Shown here piece after piece: positions 1 through 11,859 of a DNA stretch of 44,982 bases. Under the pieces are notes generated by a model. It worked only from the letters and a program-made list of their open reading frames with translations, ran no database searches and was not told where the DNA came from. The position numbers and the translations under genes are program-made. Origin of the DNA: Octopus sinensis (lineage: Eukaryota); the NCBI RefSeq assembly GCF_006345805.1, contig NW_021834864.1:1-44982 (forward strand), read 5' to 3'. The first letter of the stretch is position 1; each line of letters starts with the position of its first letter.

Positions 1-700
1 TCCCAAATGCAAAGTAACGATTCTGCCAATATCAGCAGCACCAACAGAATTATCACGTGACCAATAACATCATCACATAACCAGAACCAACATTACATCA
101 CAAGCTCCATCACGCCAGCATAATCCAACACTCGCCACAATTGCCACCCCACCCCTACCCTTAACCCCCCCACCATATTCATCACACGCAAGCACAAACA
201 CATATACCCACACCTTCACCACCGTCAACACCGCTAATTACATTGCTATTTCTACAGCCAATCAAAATCAAACTGGAGAGCCACGAGTAGAGAGCTTCTC
301 TGGTCATCATACATCAGTCCAACACAACTGACCGGGACTAAAGAGAAACAGCAAGAATAAAAAAACAAAGGTGTTTTTGACATCACCCTGCCCACCCACA
401 CCCTCATACCCTTTTAGCAGCTACCCAGGATTAGAACTGTTGGTCCACACCTCTAAGCCACAATCATACTCTCCTACATAGCTTCCTTGCATGATGCTAG
501 ACTGTCTGTGGGTCGGTCGGTCCGTCTTTCTATCTGTCTGCTTATTTATATCTTTCAGCTTATCTGTTTATCTGTCTGTGTGTCTGTCTGCCTCTCTGCT
601 TATTTATCTATCATTTTCTTTTTCACACGATCCCTTTTGATCAGAAATATATTTTCTATTTTCTTCCATTTCTTTCGTAAAGAAAAGCTCTTCATTGTAT

Positions 701-742
701 TTTGTCCCCTCTGTCTTGACACTGTGTGGCTAATAAAGAAAG
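701..742 (+). mobile_element. Possible SINE family A tail remnant
   Basis: TTTGTCCCCTCTGT..GTGGCTAATAAAGAAA resembles 36925-36966. Confidence 0.4.
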
Positions 743-756
743 TTATCTACCTGCCT

Positions 757-878
757 ATGTATGTATGTATGTATGTATGTATGTATGTATGTATGTATGT
801 ATGTATGTATGTATCTATGTATCTATCTATCTATCAATCAATCAATCTATCAATCTGTCTGTCTGTCTGTCTATCTGC
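757..878. repeat. (TATG)n-(TCTA)n-(TCTG)n compound microsatellite
   Basis: Direct reading. Confidence 0.95.
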
Positions 879-1024
879 CTGACTGCGCAAACACACATCC
901 TTAACCATTCAAGAATTTGTGTGTGCATGCGTATATTATGTCGTTTTTGAAAAAAGGAATTCGAATTCGAAAATAATAATAACAATAATAATAGTATTAA
1001 TAATAATGTAAATGATGAAATAAG

Positions 1025-1105
1025 AAAAAAAATCCCTCTTGGATGGTAAAAGTGGAATGCTGCCCGCGAGACTTGTTCCACTTTTATCCATTCAAAGATT
1101 TTTTT
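1025..1105. repeat. Imperfect inverted repeat of about 80 bp (pre-miRNA size)
   Basis: TGGATGGTAAAAGTGGAA pairs with TTCCACTTTTATCCATTCA across an 18-nt loop; outer A and T runs also pair. Confidence 0.8.
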
Positions 1106-1212
1106 AACCCAATATTTACTCTCCATTTATTAATAAATTTATCTGCTTCGAGTTTCAACGTGGAAAACAATTTCAGGTCACCCGTTGTTTCTAAATTTTT
1201 ATGTTGTAAGCA

Positions 1213-1301
1213 ATGTGTGTGTGTGTGTGGTGTGTGAGTGTGTTTGTGTGTGCGTTTGTGTGTGTGTTGTGTGTGTGTGTGTGTGTGTGTGTTTGGGCGT
1301 T

Positions 1302-1340
<39 letters not shown>

Positions 1341-1395
1341 TGTTTGTGTGTGTGCGCGCGTATATATTATATATATATTATATATATATATATAT

Positions 1396-1433
<38 letters not shown>

Positions 1434-1450
1434 TATATATATATATATGG
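1213..1450. repeat. (GT)n-(AT)n compound microsatellite
   Basis: Direct reading; one of dozens of similar tracts across the window. Confidence 0.95.
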
Positions 1451-1543
1451 TATGGATAATGCTTAGCATAGTTACAAGGCATGAATTGAATAGGGAAGAG
1501 TGTTAGTCGACAATGTCAGCATCAGCATGCGGCTGCTTCCCTG

Positions 1544-1662
1544 TTTTAATCGACCCTGGATTGATGAAAGGCAGCGTTGATCTCAGCGGGATTTGAACTC
1601 GAACGTTAAGAGCGGAAGAAATACAGTCCGGCATTTCATCCAATGTTTTTACGATTCTGCCA
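1544..1662 (-). mobile_element. SINE family A fragment
   Basis: ATCGACCC..ATGAAAGGCAGCGTTGATCTCAGCGGGATTTGAACTC..ACGATTCTGCCA is the reverse complement of the family A head and centre. Confidence 0.7.
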
Positions 1663-1671
1663 ATCCAACAA

Positions 1672-1727
<56 letters not shown>

Positions 1728-1825
1728 CGATCTATCTATCTGTCTATCCGCCTGCCTGTCTGTTTGTCCGGCTATTTGTCCGTCTATCTATCCGTCTGTC
1801 TGTCTATCTGCCCTATCTATCTATC

Positions 1826-1869
<44 letters not shown>

Positions 1870-1906
1870 GCTATCTATTTTTCATCTGTCTATCTATCTA
1901 TCTGCC

Positions 1907-1963
<57 letters not shown>

Positions 1964-2235
1964 ATTATATACGATCTACATATTTATGAATCTCTCTTTC
2001 ATCCACCTATCCTATCAATCTAAGTATTTATATCTGCCCATAACCGTCTCTCTCTCTCTGTCTCTCCCTTCCTGCATACGTATCTATCCTTCCTCCACTT
2101 CTCGCCCCCCTCCACCATCAGTTAAACATTAAGATTTAAGCCAACAACATGGCTTCCAATCCCCCTGTTCTTTGTTTTATGATTTTGTGACATTCCTCTA
2201 TAACTGCACCGACTTAATATCCACATGTGCGCGAT

Positions 2236-2270
<35 letters not shown>

Positions 2271-2335
2271 ACATACAGATGTATATGCATATATACATAC
2301 ACACACATTGCTGTGCATGTGTGACTGTTGCTGCG

Positions 2336-2365
2336 AGTGGGTCTCAGAGGTGCGCTTAACTGTGA
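2336..2365 (+). repeat. 30-bp exact dispersed repeat, copy 1
   Basis: AGTGGGTCTCAGAGGTGCGCTTAACTGTGA, identical to 12152-12181, with unrelated flanks. Confidence 0.97.
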
Positions 2366-2607
2366 AATACATCTCGATGACAACGGCGATGACGTCAACG
2401 AGAGTGACTTAAGACCATCATCTCCCACCACTACTACGCCTGTACCTCTCCCTCATCCTCTCGCCATTGTCGTGCCCCTCCTCCTCCTCCTTCTCCTCTC
2501 CCGCCTCCCGTGTTTGGGAATTAAGTGTCAGGGGTGAGAGGTCAATGTCTGTTAGATTACATTGTTACAAGTTATTTTTGCTGCTAGTTACTTAAACACA
2601 CGCATTA

Positions 2608-2641
<34 letters not shown>

Positions 2642-3307
2642 CGAGTATATATTTACACATGCACACACAAAGTTCGTGCACGTACACGCGCGCATACACG
2701 GGCTTACAAACATAAATATGCGAAACACACACGCACTTACATCGACTTGATGCGAATATACATATACATGTGTGTTTGTATATTCATCTAGCCTATCTCT
2801 AGGGCTATATGTTTATACTATCCATATGTGTATATATATATGTGTGTGTGCGCGCGCGTGCATATATGTATGTTATATATATATATATATATATATATAT
2901 AGATATATATATATATATATATATATATTATTATCATATCTACTTACACACATTCACATATTTAGACAATGGCATAAAGCTCACATACGTATACAACACA
3001 CACACATATATATTATGCATATCTGTATGTGCCTGTGTACACATGCACACAAACACATCCACACCCGCCCACACGCACATGCTTATGTATACATATCGAC
3101 ACAAGATGTAGTTGTGTGCACGCATACGTATGAGTATATTTCGTGCATATTCATATAGACACACATGTACACGCATGTAGCCGAAATTACTACGATGATC
3201 CGGTTCTTGACTGAAGACTGAGGGGTTCGAATGTCCTGTCCATGTTTATTGTATCGTCTTCTATGAGTTATACGTTCTTGTCCATGGTGTATTTTTCTAC
3301 ATACCTT

Positions 3308-3340
<33 letters not shown>

Positions 3341-3868
3341 CGTTCATATGTGTATATATATATATATTCACATACATACGTGAAACCATAAGCTTATAGA
3401 GACACAGAAGTGAAGAGTCATATACATACATACATACAGAAACCCGTCATACCCTGGAATCTGACGTACACACGTCAATCTTCGCATGTATATATACACG
3501 CACATGCGTACGTGTACAAGTATGCATATACATATACCCACACTGGAGCATAATCTTACACATAATTATCTCTCTTTTTTCCCAAATACACACACGGATA
3601 ATTTTCGCTGCAGCACTCGTATCATTCAGTGCACATACAACACGCTCACACATGCACAGAAACAGATGCAGTGCTCTAACAACATTACGGTCAAAGAGAC
3701 CACCAACACACACACACACACACACACACACGCGTACACACACACGTACACACACACACACACACACACACATTGTTTCAGTCCTTTTCCTCATGAATTT
3801 TAAATATACACCGATAAAGATATCTGTGTAGAAATCTCTCTTTCTTCCCCACTTTCTCTCTGTCTCTG

Positions 3869-3930
<62 letters not shown>

Positions 3931-3990
3931 GTGTTATTCTTTTATACAGTTATTCTTTTACTTGTAGCCACACTACTTTAATGTTTTAAA

Positions 3991-4100
3991 AGCCTGGTAT
4001 TTATTCAGTTGGTCTCTTTTGCCGAGCCACTAGGTAAAATTTCAGCAAAGAAGTAACGGTAAACGTACCACCACTGGTTGTCAAGTAGTGGTGAATGACA
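3991..4100 (-). mobile_element. SINE family B 3' fragment
   Basis: GGTCTCTTTTGCCGAGCCACTAGG..CTGGTTGTCAAG is the reverse complement of the family B 3' half. Confidence 0.65.
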
Positions 4101-4149
4101 CACACCACACAACACACACCACACCTGCGCCTATTGTATATATACATGC

Positions 4150-4189
<40 letters not shown>

Positions 4190-4196
4190 TATAATA

Positions 4197-4237
<41 letters not shown>

Positions 4238-4350
4238 TATAAGAATAATATATGGCGTTGTACTGGTACACCGGCGATTATAATTAATTTTATTGTATCG
4301 CATTTAACTTTGTTTATATATATATATATTATATATATGCATATATACAA

Positions 4351-4490
4351 TGTATGTGCCTGTTTTTGTGTGTTTGTCCCCCACCACCGCTTGACAACCG
4401 GTGTTCGTGTGTTTACGCTCCTGTGAGTAGTTCGGCAAAAAAAGTGACCTATAGAATAAGTACAGTGAAAATGACTGAAACAAATAAAAG
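4351..4490 (+). mobile_element. SINE family B 3' fragment
   Basis: GTTTGTCCCCCACCACCGCTTGACAACCGGTG..GTTCGGCAAAA..ATGACTGAAACAAATAAAAG matches the 42270 copy. Confidence 0.75.
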
Positions 4491-5335
4491 AATAAAAGAA
4501 AAGAATATCTAATATGGAGTTGATTTGGCCAACGAATGGAACTCCCGATGCTGGCTAAACATCGCAAAGCAATTTCATCCTAGCTATCGATTGTTTCCTC
4601 TATGGCTTACCATATAAATATCAAGAAGAATATTAATAAAGTTTGGTAGTAATTGCTATTTAAGAGGAATCCCAATTCAATAGAGCGCTTATTGAGTTTT
4701 CCTTTCCGCTGCTACCTTAGCTACAAACAGTTACCGTCTTCAAAATATGTAGATTCTCTTTAAATACCCACAATATGGAGATTAAATTAATCTGAAACAG
4801 ATTTCTGAAGCTATTCTATACAAATATCTGTCTACCAATAATGGTTCCATAATGAGAAAAAGAAAACAAAAGTAATTAAAGAAATAAAAAAAATATTCAG
4901 AATTACCAGCAAAATGGTTGTACTTCAAAAATTGCAGAGCTGTTTATGCGTTCAGGTTGTTTAAAGCTATATCTGGAGTCACAAGTACGCATACTTTAGA
5001 CTATAAAGAGGTTATAAATCGTAGCCAATCTGTATTCATTGCGGCAGCGCTACATGTCTACGTGTGTGTGTGGACTTAGCTACCTTTGTGTAAGTGAGTG
5101 TGTTTGTGTGTGAGTGGATGCGCATGTACGTATGTGTGTGTGTCTTTGTGTGAATTTTTATGTCGTGTGCTAATGGGTGTGCATAAGAAATATAACGCTG
5201 TGTTTCTGCGTGTGATTTCATCTGCATTCGTGTGTGTGTGTTGTGTGTGTGTGTGTGTGTGTGTGAGTGTGAGAGAAAGATTTATAATTTCATACAGCTC
5301 TGTAAGTAAATACATGTACATGTAGGCATATGTAT

Positions 5336-5446
<111 letters not shown>

Positions 5447-5863
5447 AATATATATATATATATGTGTGTGTGTGCGTATATATATATATATATATATATA
5501 AGGAGTGAAAGAGGGAGAGAACAATTTGCTTTTATGTTATATACATAAAAGAAATATAACATTAACTCGAAGGTATTAAATTTTACAATTAAAAGTTTGA
5601 TTGTGACTTCGAAGTTGCGGCTTGCTCACCTGTGTGTGTGCGGCGGGGAGTATATATACTGATCGTAGTGGATAGTCGTTAACTGGAATAATATGAATGT
5701 GTGCTAGTGTATATATGTGTCTCTGTGTGTATATACGTGTGTGAATGTGTGAGACTGGTATTGTGTATTTCCCTCCTCTGTGTGTGTATGTGTATACATG
5801 TTTTTATGTATAAGTATTTGCATGTATGTAGCCATGTACATATGTATGTGAACACATTTATGT

Positions 5864-6300
5864 ATGTATTTATGCTTCAGTGTATATAAATGTGTGTGTA
5901 TGTGTGTGTGTATGTATGTATGTATGTATGTATGTAATGTATGTATGTATGTATGTATGTATGTGTGTCTGTATCCGTATGTACATATGTACGTATGTAT
6001 GTATGTATGTATGTATGTATGTATGTATGTATGTATGTATGTATGTATGTGTGTCTGTATCCGTATGTACATATGTACGTATGTATGTATGTATGTATGT
6101 ATGTATGTATGTATGTATGTATGTATGTATGTATGTACATATGTATGTATGTATGTATGGGTATGTATGTATGTCTGTCTGTATGTATGTATGTATTATG
6201 TATGTATGTATGTATGTATGTATGTGTGTATGTATTGTATGTATGTATGTATGTATGTATGTATGTATGTATGTATGTGTGTATGTATGTATGCATGCAT
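5864..6300. repeat. Long (TATG)n microsatellite
   Basis: Direct reading; source of the 282-aa pseudo-ORF. Confidence 0.95.
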
Positions 6301-7162
6301 TACGTATGTGTGTGTGCTTTTTGAATGTAAGGCTATAATTTTACTCTGCAACCGGTTTAAGAGATTCAGCAATGGCGCTACCCGGGGTAGATATTTGCAT
6401 ATCACGTGTACATGTGTGTATAGATATATGTGCATGAATGCTACTAAACGCACACACACATTCATATACATAAATGCATATTCATTCATGTGTGTATGTG
6501 TGTGTGTATGCGTGCGAACATATATACATATGTATGGATATGTGACTATGCGTATATGTGTATGTGTTTATATACGTCTATGTGTGTGTTTATATATATG
6601 TTTGTGTGTGTGTGTGTCTGTCTCTGTCTGTGCGTATGTATGTGGTGCGCGCGCACTAATGCCTAGAGTGAAACAGTCCGGCTTTGCTGCGCTTACGGCT
6701 GGAAAATGGTGATGACTGTGGGATGATGGGAAGGCAAGTGAATGCTGGGAAAGCATATATGGTAATGCAGTAGAAGACTGATTCTAATTGATGGCCAGTT
6801 TTGGCAAGCCGTCTCAGACTTTATAATTAAGGATGACATATTCATCCTCGTTGTTCCGGCCAAAACAGTCACGAAGATCTGCATACGCAAGTGTCCGTGG
6901 CCATAGGTGCGTGTGTGTGTGTGTGTTTGAATATGTATGTGCTTGTATTTGTCTAACTTTAGCAATGCGTTTGGGTGTTCATTTCTCTGTGCGAGTGGCT
7001 CTGTATCTTTGAACATGTGTCTATGAATGTGCGTGAGACTGAGCATTGTATGTGAGTGTGTGTGTGTGTGTGTTTGTTATCAGATCAGTACACATATAGA
7101 AAAAGGGAGGATGATAAATGAGAAGAGCGAGGAAAGTGTTTGCGAGTGTATCTCTTTTAGCC

Positions 7163-7512
7163 TTTACTTGTTCCAGTCATTAGACTGCGGCCATGCTGGG
7201 GCTCCACATTTTTTTAAAGTCTGGCACTTATTCTATCGTTTCTTTTTGCCGAGCCGCTAGGTTATGGCTGGTTGTCAAGCGGTGATGAGGGGACAAACAC
7301 AGACACAAAAGACACAGTTATGTATATATATATATACATATATATATATATACGACGGGCTTCTCTCAGTTTCCGTCTCCCAAATCCACTCATAAGTCTC
7401 TGATCGGCTCGAGGCTGTAGTTGAAGACATTTGCCGAAGGTGCCACGCAGTAGGACTGAACCCAGAACCATGCGTTTGGGAAGCAAGCTTCTTCCTGCAC
7501 ATCCACGCCTTC
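7163..7512 (-). mobile_element. SINE family B, near full length with internal deletions
   Basis: Reverse complement aligns to 42270-42744 across head, central domain, TA tract and tail. Confidence 0.85.
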
Positions 7513-8110
7513 GTCTAACCATACAGCCACGCCTATCCTTATATATACCCCACACACACACACACAAACACACACGCATAGGTGTCAGTGACTCTTATGC
7601 AATTTTTCTTGACTTTCTGTTCCATTATTCATTTCCAGCCCTTTCTTTTTCCTCTCTCTTCACTTTCAACTCTGTATCCGACGCAGTGCTTTGCCCGAAG
7701 CTCTTTCATTTTATAACAAGTTTCTTCGAGCGTCAAACTAAATAATATTCTCCGTAAACGTCGTTTGAACGTTTGTTGTTTTTCTATTTAAATTGGTCCC
7801 TTCCTATTGATTTGCTTATACATGTGTGTGTGTGTGTGTGGTGGTGTGTGTATGTGTGTAGTAAGAAGAGGAATGTAATATCCAGACAAGCTAATAACTG
7901 GGGAAAGTTCTCCGAACAATGCCATACTTAAATGACCTGAAGAGTTCGTACCAATAATGCAGAAATGGCTGCATATGAATATACAACAGGACGCAGTCGG
8001 TGCGATCGAAACACGTGTCGGACTGTTATTATGAATAAAGCAACTGGAAATGAGCATAACATTTGAAATTCAAATTATCATCCCCTTATTATCAATATAT
8101 ATGTATATAT

Positions 8111-8157
<47 letters not shown>

Positions 8158-8164
8158 CATATAT

Positions 8165-8365
8165 TCAAAATAAGCAACAGGATATCAAGAAGTGATGCAG
8201 TACGACGAACCGTTTCAAGCGTCTCCATTTAACTGAACAATCATTATATCAATTTAAATTTGATGTGTAAATTGAATTGATGTAATGATTGCATTGTTCA
8301 ATTAAATGGAGCCGCTTGAAACAGTAGTACTGCATCACTTTTGGATATCCTGTTGCTTATTTTGA
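8165..8365. repeat. Fold-back palindrome of about 200 bp
   Basis: The terminal 22 bp TCAAAATAAGCAACAGGATATC are perfectly inverted, and matching blocks continue to a short loop near 8262-8268. Confidence 0.93.
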
Positions 8366-8776
8366 TTTTATTCACCTTATTTTGAAGTTGTACGGATTAT
8401 ACCGCACTAATTTTTGGTGCTTCACCTGAATCTCAGTTATTTTGCTCTCTCTCTTTCTGTATATATATATATACATACATACGCGCGCCCTCACACACAT
8501 ATACATGCGTCGTTTATGTGTGTGCATGTTTATTTCGTTTAATATTGCTGGATAGGTTGCTGCGTGACACATTTCAAGAGTATGGTGAGAAGTGTGAGGT
8601 GGGATGCGAGACATCTTCAAAGCAGAGGCCGGAACAAGTCCTTTTAAAAGAGTGAATTCTCTTAAAGGCACATACAATGACAGGTGTTGCTTTTAAACCG
8701 TATGAAGAATAAAGTCTAGCAACCAAGTAGGCAGTGGCGTCATTCGAACTCAGAACGCAAAGCGGGTCTCAAGTAT

Positions 8777-8900
8777 GGTTAAGAAGTTAGCTATGTAGAC
8801 ACGTGAATTAAGGTTCAGTCCCAGTATGTGGCACCTTCGGCAAGAGTCTAGCAATTCCCTGGGAGATACTTTTGTTGACAGAGACTGTGGAATCCTGTTG
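8777..8900 (+). mobile_element. Degenerate SINE family B fragment
   Basis: GGTTCAGTCCCAGTATGTGGCACCTTCGGCAAG matches the family B head/core junction. Confidence 0.5.
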
Positions 8901-9404
8901 TGTGTGTATAATTATTTGGCAAAAAATAAAGACAACATGAACAATATCGAACATTTGAACTATCGATTAATTGTTTGACCAGTGTGTTTAACAAACTAGT
9001 TAGAAAAACTAGTAAAAGAAAACGGTTGATCGATAGATTTGTTAGTGGAGTAAGTAAGCCATTAACTAACAATAGCAATAAAGGGCCGAACCAGTGCGTG
9101 GGTTTCTTATTACCAACATAATGCCCCTCCCAAGGTTCAGTAGTATATACATATGTGTGTGTTTGTGTGCTGTGAATTGATATATCCACGTTGATTGATA
9201 ACACATAGGTAAATTCGATTACGTAATTACAGTGCAGTAATACCGTTAGAATACACTTAGGTGTTCATACACAAACGGCTAATACGAGTATTGCGAACAA
9301 CACATTTAGAATACGATGCACAAAAGCATGAATTTCACATAATTTTCATATGTAATTAGATTATGAATTATATTTGAAATTTATGCTTTTCTGCTTTATA
9401 ACCC

Positions 9405-9499
9405 CATACCACCGACACCATTGGAAGACCCGTAATACCTCGTGTAATCTCATACCACCGACACCATTGGAAGACCCGTAATACCTCGTGTAATCTCAT
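9405..9499 (+). repeat. Perfect 46-bp tandem duplication
   Basis: CATACCACCGACACCATTGGAAGACCCGTAATACCTCGTGTAATCT x2, plus CAT. Confidence 0.97.
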
Positions 9500-10549
9500 G
9501 CAGTCTTAGCCAAAATGGAAAGAGATTACCAAGATTTCTTCCAAGTGGAACGCTTGGAACTTGAGAGTTTTTCACCTGATATCATACAGAGTATAGATAA
9601 CCCACAGATAATAAATATATTTAGTGTAAATGAATCAAGTACAACTTTTTAACATAAGCAGTGAATAATTTTATTCTGCGTTTGTATTTACGGAATATAA
9701 AAATATAAAGATACGTTTCCACAGTGTAAATGTTTTGGGATAGCAATATAATTTCGTTCATCTGAAACTATATTAATTTCTATAAACATATATAGCGAAA
9801 GTGGGAGAGGTGGAAGATACTATAAGAGTCACACGTTGAATCTAGTCATCTATACCAAAACGGTGCTACTATATACATTTCTTTTAGTTTTAGTATTAAA
9901 AAGTTTTCTTTTTTTCTTTCTTTTTGTTTTTGTTTATTTTCTTTTTTTGCTGTATATGAACAAAGTCATATTTATCTGACCCGGATCCGGTTTTGTTGAA
10001 TTTAGCCGGCGAAGGTTATGTAATTTTTCCATATTTAAAACCATGTACGGTTTAATGATTTTACACACACACAGTATTTCCTTTTTTTCTTAGCTCTTCA
10101 TGCTTAGATTGAATCTTCACCTTGAAACAAAGAAAACTAAAAGGATTCATTAAATATCGTCTTTTGGTGCCATTAGAATGACATGATGGTGTAACTTGCA
10201 AAACTTTCGATCATAGTGTTTCTTCCTCAAGGTTGACCTGGAACTAAATAGGCGCAACAACAATAACAGCATCAACTACAATCGCAAAATGTTGTCTGAT
10301 TTTTGTGGTGATTTTTTGTGGGGCACAATTGCGTGTATTGTCTGTTAAGCCAAGAATGATGAGACCCAAATAGGTTGAAATTGCGACGCTTCGACCATTC
10401 TTACATGCTTTTATCTCTTTCCCGTTGGCTTCTTTCTTTACAGCACCTTCACACTCATATATACATGCATACAACATGCACACAACATGCATACATACAT
10501 ACACACATATATACATACATACATACATACATACATACATACATACATA

Positions 10550-10580
<31 letters not shown>

Positions 10581-11859
10581 GATACATACATACATACATT
10601 TGCCTGTGTGTGCACGCGTGCGTAAGACAGAAAAGTGTGTCTATGTTTTGATGTATATGAATATATATATTTAAATATAGTATTGGAGTGTAAATAAGCG
10701 AGAGCGAGAGAGTAAGTGTGTGTGAAAGTAAGTGAGAGAGAAAGAGAGAGAATACAGACAGAGCAGTTGTGTGTGTATATGTCCGTAGTTTGTTGTATTG
10801 TATAGCCGGTGCGCGTTTGTTTGTTGTTATTTGTGTGTGTTTTCTAAGTGCGTTCGCGTTTGATATGTGTACGTCAGTTCGCGTGTGTATGTCTATGTGT
10901 ATATGTGTTTGGATCTTACCCTTAGTGTGTGTGTGTGTATGTAGGCGAATATGTCCGTACATGTTTGTGTGTGTGTGTGTGTGTGTGAGTGTGTGTGTTT
11001 GTGTACGAATATTTCGCACGCATGACATCCTCTATCAATCAAGTGTGGAGAAAATGCGTGTGCAATTTGGCAAACACGCGTTTTCTGTTGAAATGAACAA
11101 AACAATGAGAACCCCCTCCCAACGCCCTCGTTCCTCCATCTCTCTTCCCCTCCCACCCACACACCTTCTGCCTCCACCAGCACCGAACCCTTAACCCTAG
11201 CTTTCACCTCCCCCCCCCACTACCAATCCATACCACATTTGCATCTACTTCATATTCATATATGCATATTTTCTTGCTTCTTGTTTCTGCTCAGCTTCAA
11301 AGCCTCGAAATAGATTCCTCGCCCCCGCCATATTGCATTAAGCAAGTTATTGTCGACACCCCCACCCCTGCTGGCACCCCCGCTGCCACCCCCGCTGCCA
11401 CCCCTGCTGCTAACCCTGCTGCCACCCCCTCTGCTACACCCGCTACCACCACTGTAACGACTACTATTTCTCTTACCACTAACAACTTTTGATGATGATG
11501 TTGTGGTGATAGTGATGTCGCTAATGACAAAATCACTGGTGGTGGTGGTGGTGCGGCGGCGGCGGTGGTAGTGGTGATAATGTTTTTATGAAGACGATGT
11601 TGAAAAAGAAGGAGGAGGATAAAGAATTCTAACTTAGGCACCGGGCCTCCTTGGTTTTCTTTTTCGTGTCATGAAAGACATTCGATTGTCACGCAGTGTA
11701 TGACTGGTACTTGATATACTTGGCTGATATCGGCGAGGTCGATAGTGATGAGGCTGAGAAAGATAACGATAATAAAGGTGATGATGATTTTGATGATGTT
11801 AATGATTTCTTTGACTTGATCACGGGTGCCCAAGACATTGCTGACAATCCTGGGACAAA

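Noticed and set aside
2336-2365. Partial complementarity of the 30-mer to miR-125 (GGGTCTCAG) and a K-box-like CTGTGATA at the 12176 copy
   Set aside because: The miR-125 seed match is broken (CTCAGAG rather than CTCAGGG), the K-box is only in one copy, and the insertion model explains the repeat better.
3212-3240. CTGAAGA..CGAATGTC hammerhead-like motif
   Set aside because: No stem II and GAAA is incomplete.
5630-5682. Minus-strand exon candidate with CAG|gtgagc donor
   Set aside because: Short, partly microsatellite and with no recognisable product; expected by chance in 45 kb.
5864-6712. 282-aa ORF and the many other YVCM/HTHT/IYIY/LLLL ORFs in the track
   Set aside because: They are translations of TATG, CA, TA and trinucleotide microsatellites, with no domain content.
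9405-9499. CRISPR-like repeat
   Set aside because: Two abutting copies with no spacer, in eukaryotic context.
9511-9650. Short ORF MERDYQDFFQVERLELESF..
   Set aside because: 45 codons, no motif and weak splice support.
11188-11201. Telomere-like CCCTTAACCCTAG
   Set aside because: Only about two imperfect units.
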